From assembly GCA_965205265.1 (NCBI GenBank), contig CBDBGH010000003.1, forward strand, positions 4,096,001 through 4,160,000: DNA of 64,000 nt, in the 5' to 3' direction. The position numbers and the translations under genes are program-made. The stretch's first letter is position 1. The number at the start of each line of letters is the position of its first letter. Shown piece by piece: positions 1 through 9,660 of this stretch. Source of the DNA: Alphaproteobacteria bacterium (GTDB lineage: Bacteria > Pseudomonadota > Alphaproteobacteria > Bin95). A model generated the notes under the pieces. It saw only the letters and a program-made list of their open reading frames with translations, made no database searches and was not told where the DNA came from.

Positions 1-260
1 CGGCGCGCGCAGGGGCGCCCGCGCAGGATACGCGCGGAAAAGGGACCCGCTCCCGGTCCGCGAAGGAGGAAGGATGGCTGCAATCGACCCTCGCCCCGCA
101 CTGGCGGCGATGCCGGCCGCAAGGCTCGCTCCGGCCGAAGGCGCTCTCCTGCCAGGCCGCTCGGTCCTTCCTCCCCTCCCACCGGGCGCTGCTGCATGCA
201 TACATCTCGCGCCGGCTTGTGGAACCCCGGACCCGGATCGACGCCCGGCGGCCCGGCCCT

Positions 261-599
261 CACATCGTCATACCCGCCCCATATCGTCATACCCGGACTT
301 GTTCCGGGTATCTCTCTCAAGCGGCTCAGCCGGGCGGCCGTATGGATACCCGGAACAAGTCCGGGCATGACGAAAGAGCCTGCCCTGATCCTGCCGAAGA
401 GGGGCGTTCGAGCCTCACGGGCAAGAGGCGGATCGCAGACGCGGTGCGCTCCCGACACCCCGTTCGGCTCCCCCCGGTGGCTGAACCGGACAGCCGTGGA
501 CTTGTTCCGGGCATCTCTCTCAACCGTCTCCACCGGGCGGCCGTGTGGATACCCGGAACAAGTCCGGGCATGACGATATGGGGCGGGCATGACAATATG
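261..599. repeat. REP-like palindromic cluster (GTCA-CCCGG...CCGGG class), two nested units
   Basis: TCGTCATACCCGGACTTGTTCCGGGTATC (284-312) is inverted at 345-373 (28/29). A second unit lies at ~498-576, and 261-290 is inverted at ~570-599. Confidence 0.85.
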
Positions 600-849
600 G
601 GCGCATGATGGAGGGGGCTGTGCAATGCTCAGCCAACGCCGGCGGATGGGTGAATCCGGTAGCGCCGGGCGGGCCGGGAAGCCGGTGGCCGGAACGATAT
701 GCCCGGATGGATCATGGAACATGCATCATACACATGCAGAACATGACACATGGCGGGGCAGACCATGACGAAACATGACATATCATGACGCGCCCGCCGG
801 TCCTTCCGTCGGGCCCCGCTCGCCCGGCCGTGCCAGCGAAGGAGCGCGC

Positions 850-1731
850 ATGACCCCGCCCACGGAATTCGCCCATGCCTTCGCCGAGCTCGGCGCGGTG
901 ACGATCCACTACGTCTCGGCGGGCGCGGACCCCGGGAGCGCGCCGCCCGTGGTGCTGCTGCACGGCTGGCCGGAGACCTGGTTCGAGTGGCGCCATGTCA
1001 TCCCCCCCATCGCCGCGCGCCATCCGGTGATCGCGCCGGACCTGCGGGGCCTCGGCGACTCCTCGCGGCCCGCGGACGGCTATGACAAGCGGAGCGTCGC
1101 GGAGGACATATACCGGCTGCTCTCCGAGCGGCTCGGCCTCGAACGCTGGCACATTGTCGGCCATGACTGGGGCGGGCCGACCGCGTTTGCGCTCGCCGCA
1201 AGGCAGCCGGAGGCCGCGGCGAGCCTGACGGTGATCGACGTGGTGATCCCCGGCGACGGCGAGGACTTCTCGCAGGCCGGGCGGCGCTGGCACCATGCCT
1301 TCCACCGCACGGCCGACCTGCCGGAGGCGCTGGTGGGCGGGCGCGAGGACATCTATCTCGGCTGGTTCTACCGGGCCTATTCGGCGCGGCCGGACGCCAT
1401 CGACGGGGAGGCGCGGGCGGAGTATCTGCGCACCTACAGCGACCCCGAGGCGCTCCGCGCGGGCTTCGCTTATTACCGCAACCTGCCGCAGGACGCGGCC
1501 GACAACGCCGCGCTGCTGGCGACCGGTTTCCGCCTGCCCATGCCCGTGCTCGCCATCGGCGGCGGCAGGACGGACGCCTTCGGGCGCGCCGGCGAGGTCG
1601 AGGCGTCGATGCGCCGGGTCGCGCGCGACGTGCGGGGCCTGGTCGCGGAGGAATGCGGGCATTTCGTGCCGGAGGAGGACCCGGAGTTCACCGCCCGCGC
1701 CATCCTCGACCACATCGCGCGGTCGCCATGA
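850..1731 (+). CDS. Alpha/beta hydrolase, epoxide hydrolase-like
   Basis: LLHGWP, PDLRGLG, GHDWGG nucleophile elbow, GHFVPEE; ATG at 850 after GAAGGAG. Confidence 0.9.
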   Translation: MTPPTEFAHAFAELGAVTIHYVSAGADPGSAPPVVLLHGWPETWFEWRHVIPPIAARHPVIAPDLRGLGDSSRPADGYDKRSVAEDIYRLLSERLGLERWHIVGHDWGGPTAFALAARQPEAAASLTVIDVVIPGDGEDFSQAGRRWHHAFHRTADLPEALVGGREDIYLGWFYRAYSARPDAIDGEARAEYLRTYSDPEALRAGFAYYRNLPQDAADNAALLATGFRLPMPVLAIGGGRTDAFGRAGEVEASMRRVARDVRGLVAEECGHFVPEEDPEFTARAILDHIARSP

Positions 1732-1784
1732 CCGGGCAGCGTTCAATGCGGGGGTCGTGCTCCCCCTCCGCTTCGGGAAGCGGC

Positions 1785-1972
1785 CTCTTTTCTCCCCTCC
1801 CGCTGGGCGGGAGGGGTTGGGGGAGGGCCTCTCCGCGCGACGGGCCGCTGCCGGGCGTTGCCCGCCGTCGCGCTGGACGCGGCGAACGTTACGAATGGCG
1901 GCGCCCGCGCCGCCGCTTCCGCTGGCGCGCAAGCGGCCCCCCACCCGGCTCCCCCGCAAGCGGGGGAGGAGT
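1785..1972. repeat. REP doublet (CCCCTCCC-GC...GCGGG-GAGGGG class)
   Basis: Palindromic arms; about 44 bp are identical, in inverted orientation, to the copy at ~61481-61524. Confidence 0.85.
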
Positions 1973-2004
1973 TATCCGGCAGCAGTCGGGCGAGGTCCGA
2001 GGCA

Positions 2005-2619
2005 ATGACTGTTGACACGAGCGGGCGGGCAGAGGGCGCCTGGATATTCGGCTACGGCTCGCTCATCTGGCGGCCGGACATTCCGTTCCGCGAGAAGCGG
2101 GTCGCGCATGTGCGGGGCTGGACGCGCCGCTTCTGGCAGGGCTCGCACGACCATCGCGGGCTGCCGCATGCGCCCGGCCGGGTGGTGACCTTGGTGCCCG
2201 AGGCGGGCGCGCGCTGCGGGGGCATGGCCTATTTCGTCGAGGCGGCGGCGATGGGCGAGACCTGGGACGAGCTCGACTACCGGGAGAAGAACGGCTACCG
2301 GCGCGAGACCGTGCGCCTCGAGTTCCGCGAGGGCGCGGCCGAAGGCGCCGTCTATGTGGCGCCGGTCGGCAACCATGCCTTTCTGGGCCCGGCGCCCTTT
2401 CCGGAGATGGCGGCGCAGATCCTGCGCTCGGCCGGCCCGAGCGGCGCCAATATCGACTATCTTCGCCGGCTCGCGGGCGCATTGCGGCGGCTCGAAATCG
2501 ACGACCCGCATGTCTTCGAGGTGGAGCGCCATGTCGAGGACCTCGCCCGGCAGGACGGGCCCGGCTGCGGGGCGGACCGGGGAAACAGGGGAGAAACGGG
2601 AGGCGACCATGTGCAATGA
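2005..2619 (+). CDS. chaC: ChaC-like gamma-glutamylcyclotransferase
   Basis: WIFGYGSLIW, RRFWQGSHDHRG..PGRVVTL, LDYREKNGY, GPSGANIDY. Confidence 0.9.
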   Translation: MTVDTSGRAEGAWIFGYGSLIWRPDIPFREKRVAHVRGWTRRFWQGSHDHRGLPHAPGRVVTLVPEAGARCGGMAYFVEAAAMGETWDELDYREKNGYRRETVRLEFREGAAEGAVYVAPVGNHAFLGPAPFPEMAAQILRSAGPSGANIDYLRRLAGALRRLEIDDPHVFEVERHVEDLARQDGPGCGADRGNRGETGGDHVQ

Positions 2620-3484
2620 AAGAACGATCCGCGAGGCGGAGGAGCATCTGCGCCGGTCCGGGCGGCTCACCCGGCGCGCCTTCGGGGCGCTGTCGGTCGG
2701 GGCCGGCATGGCGATGCTGCTGCCCCGGGCCGCAGACGCGCGGGAGGTGGCGGCGGCGGATGTCGAGGTGCCGACGCCCGACGGCGTGGCCGACTGCCAT
2801 TTCGTGCATCCCGCAAGCGGCGCCCATCCGGGCGTGCTGATCTGGCCGGATGCGCTCGGCCTCAGGCCCGCCTTCCGGCAGATGGCGCGGCGGCTCGCCG
2901 AATCGGGCTATGCGGTGCTGGCCGTCAATCCCTATTACCGGACCGAGCGGGCGCCGGTCTTTCCGGAGGGCGCCTCTTTCCGGGACGAGGCGGTGCGCAG
3001 CAAGGTCTTTCCCCTGATGCGCTCGCTGACGCCCGAGAGGACGGTGGCGGACGCCGGGGCCTTTGTCGGCTTCCTCGACGGCCGCGAGGCCGTGGCGAAA
3101 GACCGCAAAATGGGCACGACGGGCTACTGCATGGGCGGCTCCATGACCATGCGCACCGCGGCCGCCTTCCCGGACCGGATCGGCGCGGGCGCCTCCTTCC
3201 ACGGCGGCAGGCTCGTGACCGACAGGCCGGACAGCCCGCACCTGCTCGTCCCCGGCATGCGCGCGCACTACCTGTTCGCGATCGCCGAGAACGACGACGC
3301 GAAGCAGCCGGAAGCGAAGACCGCGCTCCGCCGGGCCTTCGATGCGGCGGGGCTGCCGGCGGAGATCGAGGTCTATGCGGGCGCCCTGCACGGCTGGTGC
3401 CCGCCGGATTCCGCCGTCTATAACGAAGCGCAGGCGGAGCGGGCCTGGAGCCGGATGCTGGCGCTGTTCGAGGCCGCGCTATAG
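2609..3484 (+). CDS. Dienelactone hydrolase family protein with Tat-like signal
   Basis: LTRRAFG twin-arginine motif; GYCMGG, ASFHGG, HGW. Confidence 0.9.
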   Translation: MCNERTIREAEEHLRRSGRLTRRAFGALSVGAGMAMLLPRAADAREVAAADVEVPTPDGVADCHFVHPASGAHPGVLIWPDALGLRPAFRQMARRLAESGYAVLAVNPYYRTERAPVFPEGASFRDEAVRSKVFPLMRSLTPERTVADAGAFVGFLDGREAVAKDRKMGTTGYCMGGSMTMRTAAAFPDRIGAGASFHGGRLVTDRPDSPHLLVPGMRAHYLFAIAENDDAKQPEAKTALRRAFDAAGLPAEIEVYAGALHGWCPPDSAVYNEAQAERAWSRMLALFEAAL

Positions 3485-4984
3485 GGCGGCGCCGGCGTCC
3501 TCCGCCTCCGCCGATTGCGCCCTTCGGGCGAGGAGGGCGCGGTCCACCTTGTTGGTGCTGGCGAGCGGCAGTTCGGCAAGGAAATGCACCCGGCGGGGGT
3601 GCATGTAGGCGGGCGCCTCGGCCAGCGCATGGGCCTTGACCGCGTCCGCGTCGAGCCGCGCGCCCGGGCGGGCCGCCACGAAGGCGACCGGCATGTTGCC
3701 GCGCACCGGGTCCGGCACCGGCACGAGGCAGGCCTGGGCGATGTCGGGATGGCCCTCCAGCACCTTCTCGACTTCGCCCGGCCAGACATTCTCGCCATTG
3801 ACGGTGAACATGTCGTCCACGCGGCCGACGAAATAGTAGAAGCCGTCCCCGTCGCGGCGCATGACGTCGCCGGTGCGGTAGAAGCCGTCCGCGGTCACGG
3901 CCTCGGCGGTCTTCGCCGGCAGGTTGAGATAGCCCGGCATGTTGGCCGGGCAGCGCATCTGGAGCTCGCCCTCCTCGGCGCCGGGACCGCCGTCCAGGCG
4001 GATATCCACCCCGTCGAGGCGTGCGCCGAGCGCCAGGTCGGGCGTCGGCAGGCCGTCCGGATGCGCGCCGAACACGACCGGCCCTGCCTCCGTGGTGCCG
4101 TAGGAATAGGCGATGCGGGCATTGGGGAAGGCGCGGCGGGTCTCGGCGAACAGCGCAGCCGTGGCGGGCGCCGAGCCCATCGTCACCACCTCGACGGAGG
4201 ACAGGTCGAGCCGCGCGATCGTCTCCCGCTCCTGCATCGCGAGCGCGATCATGGTCGGCACGGAGGTGAGCCAGGTGCAGCCGAAGCGCGGCACCGCCTC
4301 CAGGTAGCGCCGGGCGGTGAACTGCCCGAGCAGCGCCATGCCCGCATGGCCGGCGACAACGAATTTGGAGCTGGCGAGCGCGTTCATGTGGTAGAGCGGC
4401 GCGGCGACTAGATAGCGGTGGCGGCCGATCTCCGGGTTCGCGCGGAAGCGCATGTCGAGCACCCAGAGATGGCCCGCATGGGTGAGCGGCACGCCCTTCG
4501 GCATGCCCGTCGAGCCCGAGGTGTAGAGGATCTGCGCGACCTCGCCCGCTTCCGGGACGACGGTCTCGAACGCGCCCGGATCGAGGAAGGCCTCGAAGTC
4601 CGGGCCGAATTCGACCGCGGGCAGGCCGTCCGGGACGCGGTCCCGGCAGGCCCCGTCCGCGAACACCAGCCGGGAGCCGCTGTCGCGCAGCACATGGGCC
4701 ACGGTTTCGTCCGGGAAGCGCCAGTTGACCGGCACGGCGACCAGGCCCGCGCGCATGGCGCCGAAATAGACGGCCAGCCAGTCGGCGCTGTTGGCGGCGA
4801 AGACGGCGATGCGCTCGCCGCGCTCGAGCCCCCGGGCGAGCATCGCGCGGGCGGCGGCGCGGGCGCGCTCGTCCAGCCAGCGGTGCGAGCGCACGGGTGC
4901 GGCCTCCCAATCCGCCGCGTCGATGATCGCGGGCCGGTCCGGGTCCTTGCTCCGGTCCGCCAGGTCGCCGAGATTTGTGCGCAT
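3479..4984 (-). CDS. AMP-dependent acyl-CoA synthetase
   Basis: YTSGSTGMPKGV, YGTTE, YRTGD, C-terminal NKVDR; start MRTNLG. Confidence 0.9.
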   Translation of the reverse strand: MRTNLGDLADRSKDPDRPAIIDAADWEAAPVRSHRWLDERARAAARAMLARGLERGERIAVFAANSADWLAVYFGAMRAGLVAVPVNWRFPDETVAHVLRDSGSRLVFADGACRDRVPDGLPAVEFGPDFEAFLDPGAFETVVPEAGEVAQILYTSGSTGMPKGVPLTHAGHLWVLDMRFRANPEIGRHRYLVAAPLYHMNALASSKFVVAGHAGMALLGQFTARRYLEAVPRFGCTWLTSVPTMIALAMQERETIARLDLSSVEVVTMGSAPATAALFAETRRAFPNARIAYSYGTTEAGPVVFGAHPDGLPTPDLALGARLDGVDIRLDGGPGAEEGELQMRCPANMPGYLNLPAKTAEAVTADGFYRTGDVMRRDGDGFYYFVGRVDDMFTVNGENVWPGEVEKVLEGHPDIAQACLVPVPDPVRGNMPVAFVAARPGARLDADAVKAHALAEAPAYMHPRRVHFLAELPLASTNKVDRALLARRAQSAEAEDAGAAL

Positions 4985-5107
4985 CGAGGCGGGTCCCCCT
5001 GTTGCGGGCGCTGCGAGAATAGCCGCTGGCGGCAGGCCTGTCCCCGCCTGCGCAGGACTGCCGCACCCGCTGGCGCGCGCCCGGCCGCCTGTGCTATTCG
5101 CGGCCCC

Positions 5108-5533
5108 ATGACCGATGCGCTTCCGCTCACCGTCGCCGCCCTGCAGGCGAAGATCGACGCCTCGCCCTTCAATGCCGGCATGGGGATTACCGTCACCCAC
5201 GCCGACGCGGAGGCCGAGGAGGTCACCATGCGCCTGGAGATGCGCCCGGAATTCGAGCGCGCCCGCGGCACGGGCCAGTATCACGGCGGCGTCATCTCCG
5301 CCTTCATCGACACGGTCGGCGACTATGCGCTGGTAATCAACCGGGGCGGCGGCGTGCCGACCATCAACTACCGCACGGACTTCCTGCGTCCCGCCTCGAA
5401 CACCGCGCTGACCGGCAAGGCGAAGGTGCGCCGGGCGGGGCGGACGGTCGCGGTCGTGGATATCGACGTTTACGACGACCGGGGCCAGCTGGTCGCGGTC
5501 GGACGCGGCACTTACGGCACCCAGGTCGGATGA
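5108..5533 (+). CDS. PaaI family thioesterase
   Basis: [23 protein letters not shown]; divergent from the CoA ligase. Confidence 0.88.
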   Translation: MTDALPLTVAALQAKIDASPFNAGMGITVTHADAEAEEVTMRLEMRPEFERARGTGQYHGGVISAFIDTVGDYALVINRGGGVPTINYRTDFLRPASNTALTGKAKVRRAGRTVAVVDIDVYDDRGQLVAVGRGTYGTQVG

Positions 5534-6087
5534 GGACGCCTTCGATGCTGAGACGCCTCCTTTCCCTTTTCGCTTTCCTCGGAGCACTCATCGCGATGGA
5601 CGCCCAGGCCCAGAACCCGAAGGTCTTTTTCGATATCGAGCTCGACGGCCGGCCGGCGGGCCGCATCGTGCTGGAACTGCGCAGGGACGTGGCGCCGAAA
5701 ACGGCGGAGAACTTCCGCCAGCTCGCGACCGGCGAGCCCGGCTTCGGCTATGCCGGCTCGCGTTTCCACCGCGTCATCCCCGACTTCATGATCCAGGGCG
5801 GGGATTTCACCCGCGGCGACGGGCGCGGCGGCAAGTCGATCTACGGCGACCGCTTCGAGGACGAGAACTTCACCCTCGTCCACGACCGGCCGGGCCTGCT
5901 CTCCATGGCCAATGCCGGGCCGGACACCAACGGCTCGCAATTCTTCATCACCACCGTGCCGACGCCCTGGCTCGACGGCAAGCATGTCGTCTTCGGCCAT
6001 GTGGCGGACGGCATGGACGTGGTCCGGAAGATCGAGCAGGCGCCCAACAACGCCGCCCGGATCGCGGCCTCGGGCGAGGTGGAGTAG
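5530..6087 (+). CDS. Cyclophilin-type peptidyl-prolyl isomerase with signal peptide
   Basis: [55 protein letters not shown]; hydrophobic leader ending AQA. Confidence 0.93.
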   Translation: MRTPSMLRRLLSLFAFLGALIAMDAQAQNPKVFFDIELDGRPAGRIVLELRRDVAPKTAENFRQLATGEPGFGYAGSRFHRVIPDFMIQGGDFTRGDGRGGKSIYGDRFEDENFTLVHDRPGLLSMANAGPDTNGSQFFITTVPTPWLDGKHVVFGHVADGMDVVRKIEQAPNNAARIAASGEVE

Positions 6088-6101
6088 GGGGCGGCGCGGC
6101 T

Positions 6102-7688
6102 TCAGGAGCCGAACACGACTTTCGGCAGCCAGGTGGTGAGCTCCGGGACGGCCGCCACCACGCCGAGCGCCAGCACCTGGATTGCGACGAAGGGTGCCAC
6201 GCCCCTGTAGATCTGGACCGTCGTCACCTCGGGCGGCGCCACGCCGCGCAGGTAGAACAGCGCGAAGCCGAAGGGCGGCGTCAGGAACGAGGTCTGCAGG
6301 TTGAGCGCGATCATGATCCCGAGCCAGACCGGGTTCAGGTCCATCAGCAGCAGGATCGGCGCCACGATGGGCACGACGACGAAGGTGATCTCGATGAAGT
6401 CGAGCACGAAGCCCAGCAGGAACATAAGCGCCATGACGAAGAACATCGCGCCCACCACGCCGCCGGGCAGCGAGGTCAGGAACCCGTGCACGAGGTCGTC
6501 GCCGCCGAGCCCCCGGAAGACGGAGGAGAACAGCTGCGCGCCGATGACGATGCCGAACACCATGGCGCTGACCCGGGTCGTGCTGCGCATGACCTCGTGC
6601 AGGCCGCCGCTGCCGTAAACGCGCGCGAGAGAGACCCAGATGCCCCACGCCAGCGCGATGCAGCAGACGATGGCGACGAGGATGCCGGCCCCGTCCATCG
6701 CGGGAATGTCGTCCCGCGAGACCCGCAGATCCATCATGCCGGTCAGGAACAGCACGACCACCAGACCGATGGCGGCGGCATAGATCGGCCGGCCCTTGTC
6801 GGGGTCCAGCCTGAGTCCTCCCAGCAGCGTCGCGCCGATGGCGCCGACCGCGGCTGCTTCCGTCGGCGTCGCGATGCCGGCGAGGATGGAGCCCAGCACC
6901 GCGACGATCAGCACCACGGGCGCGACCAGCGCGCGGGCGACCTGCATGGCGATCTCGCGGTTCGTCCGGCCCTCGACCAGTTCGTCGCGCGGGATCGGCG
7001 GCGAGGATTCGGGCCGGAGCCACGCGATGAACATCTGGTAGAGGATATACATGCCGACCAGGGCGAGGCCGGGGAGCAGCGCGCCTGCGAACAGGTCGCC
7101 GACCGACACCGGGTCCGGGGCGAAATTGCCGAGCTTGCGCTGCGCCTCCTGGTAGGCGTCGGAGATCTGGTCGCCCAGCACGACGAGGACGAGCGAGGGC
7201 GGGATGATCTGGCCGAGCGTGCCGGAGGCGCAGATCGACCCGCAGGCGAGCGAGGCGCTGTAGCCGCGCCGGAGCATGGTCGGCAGCGAGAGCAGCCCCA
7301 TGGTCACGACGGTCGCGCCGACGATGCCGGTCGAGGCGGCGAGCAGCGCGCCGACCACGCAGACGGAAATGCCGAGGCCGCCGCGCATTGCGCCGAACAG
7401 CATGCCCATCGTGTCGAGCAGCTCCTCGGCGACCTTGGACCGCTCCAGCATGACGCCCATGAACACGAACAGCGGCACCGCGACCAGGATCTCGCTGATC
7501 ATGGCGTTGCCGTACACGCGGTTCGGGAAGATGCCGAGGAAGGCGAAATCGAACACGCCCAGCAGCGCGCTGATACCGGCGAAAAGCAGCGCGACGCCCG
7601 CGAGCGTGAAGGCGACGGGGAAGCCCGCCATCAGGAAGCCGCACACGCTGACAAACATGAAGCAGACGAGATATTCGTTGATCGTCAT
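6102..7688 (-). CDS. dctM: TRAP transporter large permease
   Basis: Many TM segments; LVAVPLFVFMG, GTLGQIIPPS, TPTEAA, SFLTPPFG. Confidence 0.93.
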   Translation of the reverse strand: MTINEYLVCFMFVSVCGFLMAGFPVAFTLAGVALLFAGISALLGVFDFAFLGIFPNRVYGNAMISEILVAVPLFVFMGVMLERSKVAEELLDTMGMLFGAMRGGLGISVCVVGALLAASTGIVGATVVTMGLLSLPTMLRRGYSASLACGSICASGTLGQIIPPSLVLVVLGDQISDAYQEAQRKLGNFAPDPVSVGDLFAGALLPGLALVGMYILYQMFIAWLRPESSPPIPRDELVEGRTNREIAMQVARALVAPVVLIVAVLGSILAGIATPTEAAAVGAIGATLLGGLRLDPDKGRPIYAAAIGLVVVLFLTGMMDLRVSRDDIPAMDGAGILVAIVCCIALAWGIWVSLARVYGSGGLHEVMRSTTRVSAMVFGIVIGAQLFSSVFRGLGGDDLVHGFLTSLPGGVVGAMFFVMALMFLLGFVLDFIEITFVVVPIVAPILLLMDLNPVWLGIMIALNLQTSFLTPPFGFALFYLRGVAPPEVTTVQIYRGVAPFVAIQVLALGVVAAVPELTTWLPKVVFGS

Positions 7689-8239
7689 ACGCCGGGCCCC
7701 CGGTCTTCGGCGGCCGCACCGGCCGGGCGTTCGAGGCCGCGCATGACGAACAGCGCATGCACGAGCATGGAAAACCCCTGCAGCGACAGCACGAACGGAA
7801 AGACGAGAAGCAGCGATTTCAGCAGCCAGAACGGCATGAAGGTGCCTTCGGGCGAGCCTTCCAGCACGCGCACGGAGGCGCCGACATAGGTGAGGCCCTT
7901 CCAGGTCATCACGGCGCAGAGCGGCCACAGGAAGACGAGCACGCCGATGAAGTCGATCAGCGCCTTGCGCTCCGGCGTGGCCGCTCCGTAGAAGATGTCC
8001 ACCCGGACATGGCCGTCATGCAGCAGCGTGTAGCCGGCGCCGACCAGGAACAGGATGGAGTGCATGAACAGCACGGATTCCTGCATCGGGATGAAACCGA
8101 GCCCGAACACATAGCGCAGCAGGACGACGGCGAATTGCATCAGCACCATGAAGAGGGCGAACCAGGACACGGCCCGGCCCAGATGCTCGTTCGCGGTATC
8201 GATCGCCCGGACGAATTGCTTCAATGCGCTCACCGGCAT
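7685..8239 (-). CDS. dctQ: TRAP transporter small permease
   Basis: Four TM segments, GHVRVDIFY; overlaps the dctM start. Confidence 0.92.
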   Translation of the reverse strand: MPVSALKQFVRAIDTANEHLGRAVSWFALFMVLMQFAVVLLRYVFGLGFIPMQESVLFMHSILFLVGAGYTLLHDGHVRVDIFYGAATPERKALIDFIGVLVFLWPLCAVMTWKGLTYVGASVRVLEGSPEGTFMPFWLLKSLLLVFPFVLSLQGFSMLVHALFVMRGLERPAGAAAEDRGPGV

Positions 8240-8334
8240 TCCCCGCTGGCTTCAGGGCAGGGGCAGACAGCCCGCGCCGGGGTGGCGCGGGCGTCTCGCC
8301 CGGCGCATGACGGCCTTGTCGGCCGCCCGGCGCC

Positions 8335-9429
8335 TTAACCGTAGTTGAACGGCAGGACCCGCGCGTTCATGTAGCCCTGCTCGCCGATCTTGGCCCAGTC
8401 TATGGCCTGTTTGCGATAGGCGATGAAGCTGTCATAGATGCGCTTGGTCATGTCGTCGGTGTTGCCGATGTCGCGCACGACTTCGCCGGCGACATTGCCG
8501 ATGGCGATCAGCATGTCCTCCGGATACTGGTGCAGTTGCACGCCGTGCTCGTTGAGAAGCTTGTTCAGCGACCCCAGGTTGCGGGCGTTGAACTCGGCGA
8601 ACTGGATGTAGGACTCCGCCTCGACCACCGTCGTCACCAGGGCCTGTTCCTCGGCGGTCAGGCTGTCCCACAGCGTCTTGTTCATCACGACGCTGGCGGA
8701 GGTGCCCGGCTCGTGGAAGCCCGGATAGAAGTAATGCTTGGTGATCTTGTGGAAGCCGAAGGCGAGGTCGTGCCAGGGGCCGACCCATTCGGCGGCGTCG
8801 ATGGCGCCCGATGCGAGCGACGGGTAGATCTCCGCCACCGGCAGGTTGACGACCGTGACGCCGAGCGCCCGCAGCACCTCGCCGCCGATGCCCGGCATGC
8901 GGAATTTCAGGCCCTTGAAGTCGTCGAGCTTCTGGATCGGCTCGCGGTACCAGCCGCCCATCTGCGTGCCGGTGCTGGAGCCCTGGAAGCCCTTGAGGTT
9001 GAAGCCGGCCGCGAGCTCGTCCCACAACTTCTGCCCGCCGCCGTATTTCATCCAGGCGGCGTGCTCGATGCCGGTCAGCCCGTAGGGCACGGCGGTGAAG
9101 AAGTTGAAGCCCTTGTGCTTGCCCTGCCAGTAGTATTCCGCCGAGTGATACATGTCGGCGTCGCCGGCGCTGACGGCGTCGAAGACGCCGAAGGCCGGCA
9201 CCAGCTCGCCGCCGCCATAGACCTTGACGGAGATCTTGCCGCCGGACAGCTGCGTGATACGCTGGGCGACCCGTTGCCCGGACGTGCCCAGGCCCGGCGA
9301 GTTGAGCGGCCAGGACATGGCCAGCTTCCATTCCTTGAGGCCCTGCGAGATGGCGGGGGCCGCCAGCGTCGATGCGGCGGCGGCGACACCGGCGGTCGCG
9401 GCACCCTGAACGAATTTACGGCGTTTCAT
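8335..9429 (-). CDS. dctP: TRAP substrate-binding protein (TakP/keto-acid type), Tat signal
   Basis: MKRRKF leader, YYWQGK, QMGGW, KFRMPG, AEWVGP. Confidence 0.92.
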   Translation of the reverse strand: MKRRKFVQGAATAGVAAAASTLAAPAISQGLKEWKLAMSWPLNSPGLGTSGQRVAQRITQLSGGKISVKVYGGGELVPAFGVFDAVSAGDADMYHSAEYYWQGKHKGFNFFTAVPYGLTGIEHAAWMKYGGGQKLWDELAAGFNLKGFQGSSTGTQMGGWYREPIQKLDDFKGLKFRMPGIGGEVLRALGVTVVNLPVAEIYPSLASGAIDAAEWVGPWHDLAFGFHKITKHYFYPGFHEPGTSASVVMNKTLWDSLTAEEQALVTTVVEAESYIQFAEFNARNLGSLNKLLNEHGVQLHQYPEDMLIAIGNVAGEVVRDIGNTDDMTKRIYDSFIAYRKQAIDWAKIGEQGYMNARVLPFNYG

Positions 9430-9660
9430 GGAGTGTCCTCGCTGTTGCGCCGCGAGCCTACCCCGGCCGAGCCGCCTGCCTCCGCTGCCGGAGCGCTGGC
9501 GGACCCGCACGGCTCGCAGCGTTCGGTCGCAAGAGCGTAAAACACCGTCCGGGGGGAATCAATTGCCATGGTCGCGCGCGGCCGCCCCGGAGGAGCCGCG
9601 CCGCGCAGGCCATGACACCGGCGGGACATGCGGGCTAATCTGGCGGAGCGCGAAGGAGCC

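Noticed and set aside
74-625. ORFs across the first REP cluster as proteins
   Set aside because: They are translations of palindromic repeats (PGLVPGI/IPGTSPGMT) with no RBS or domain.
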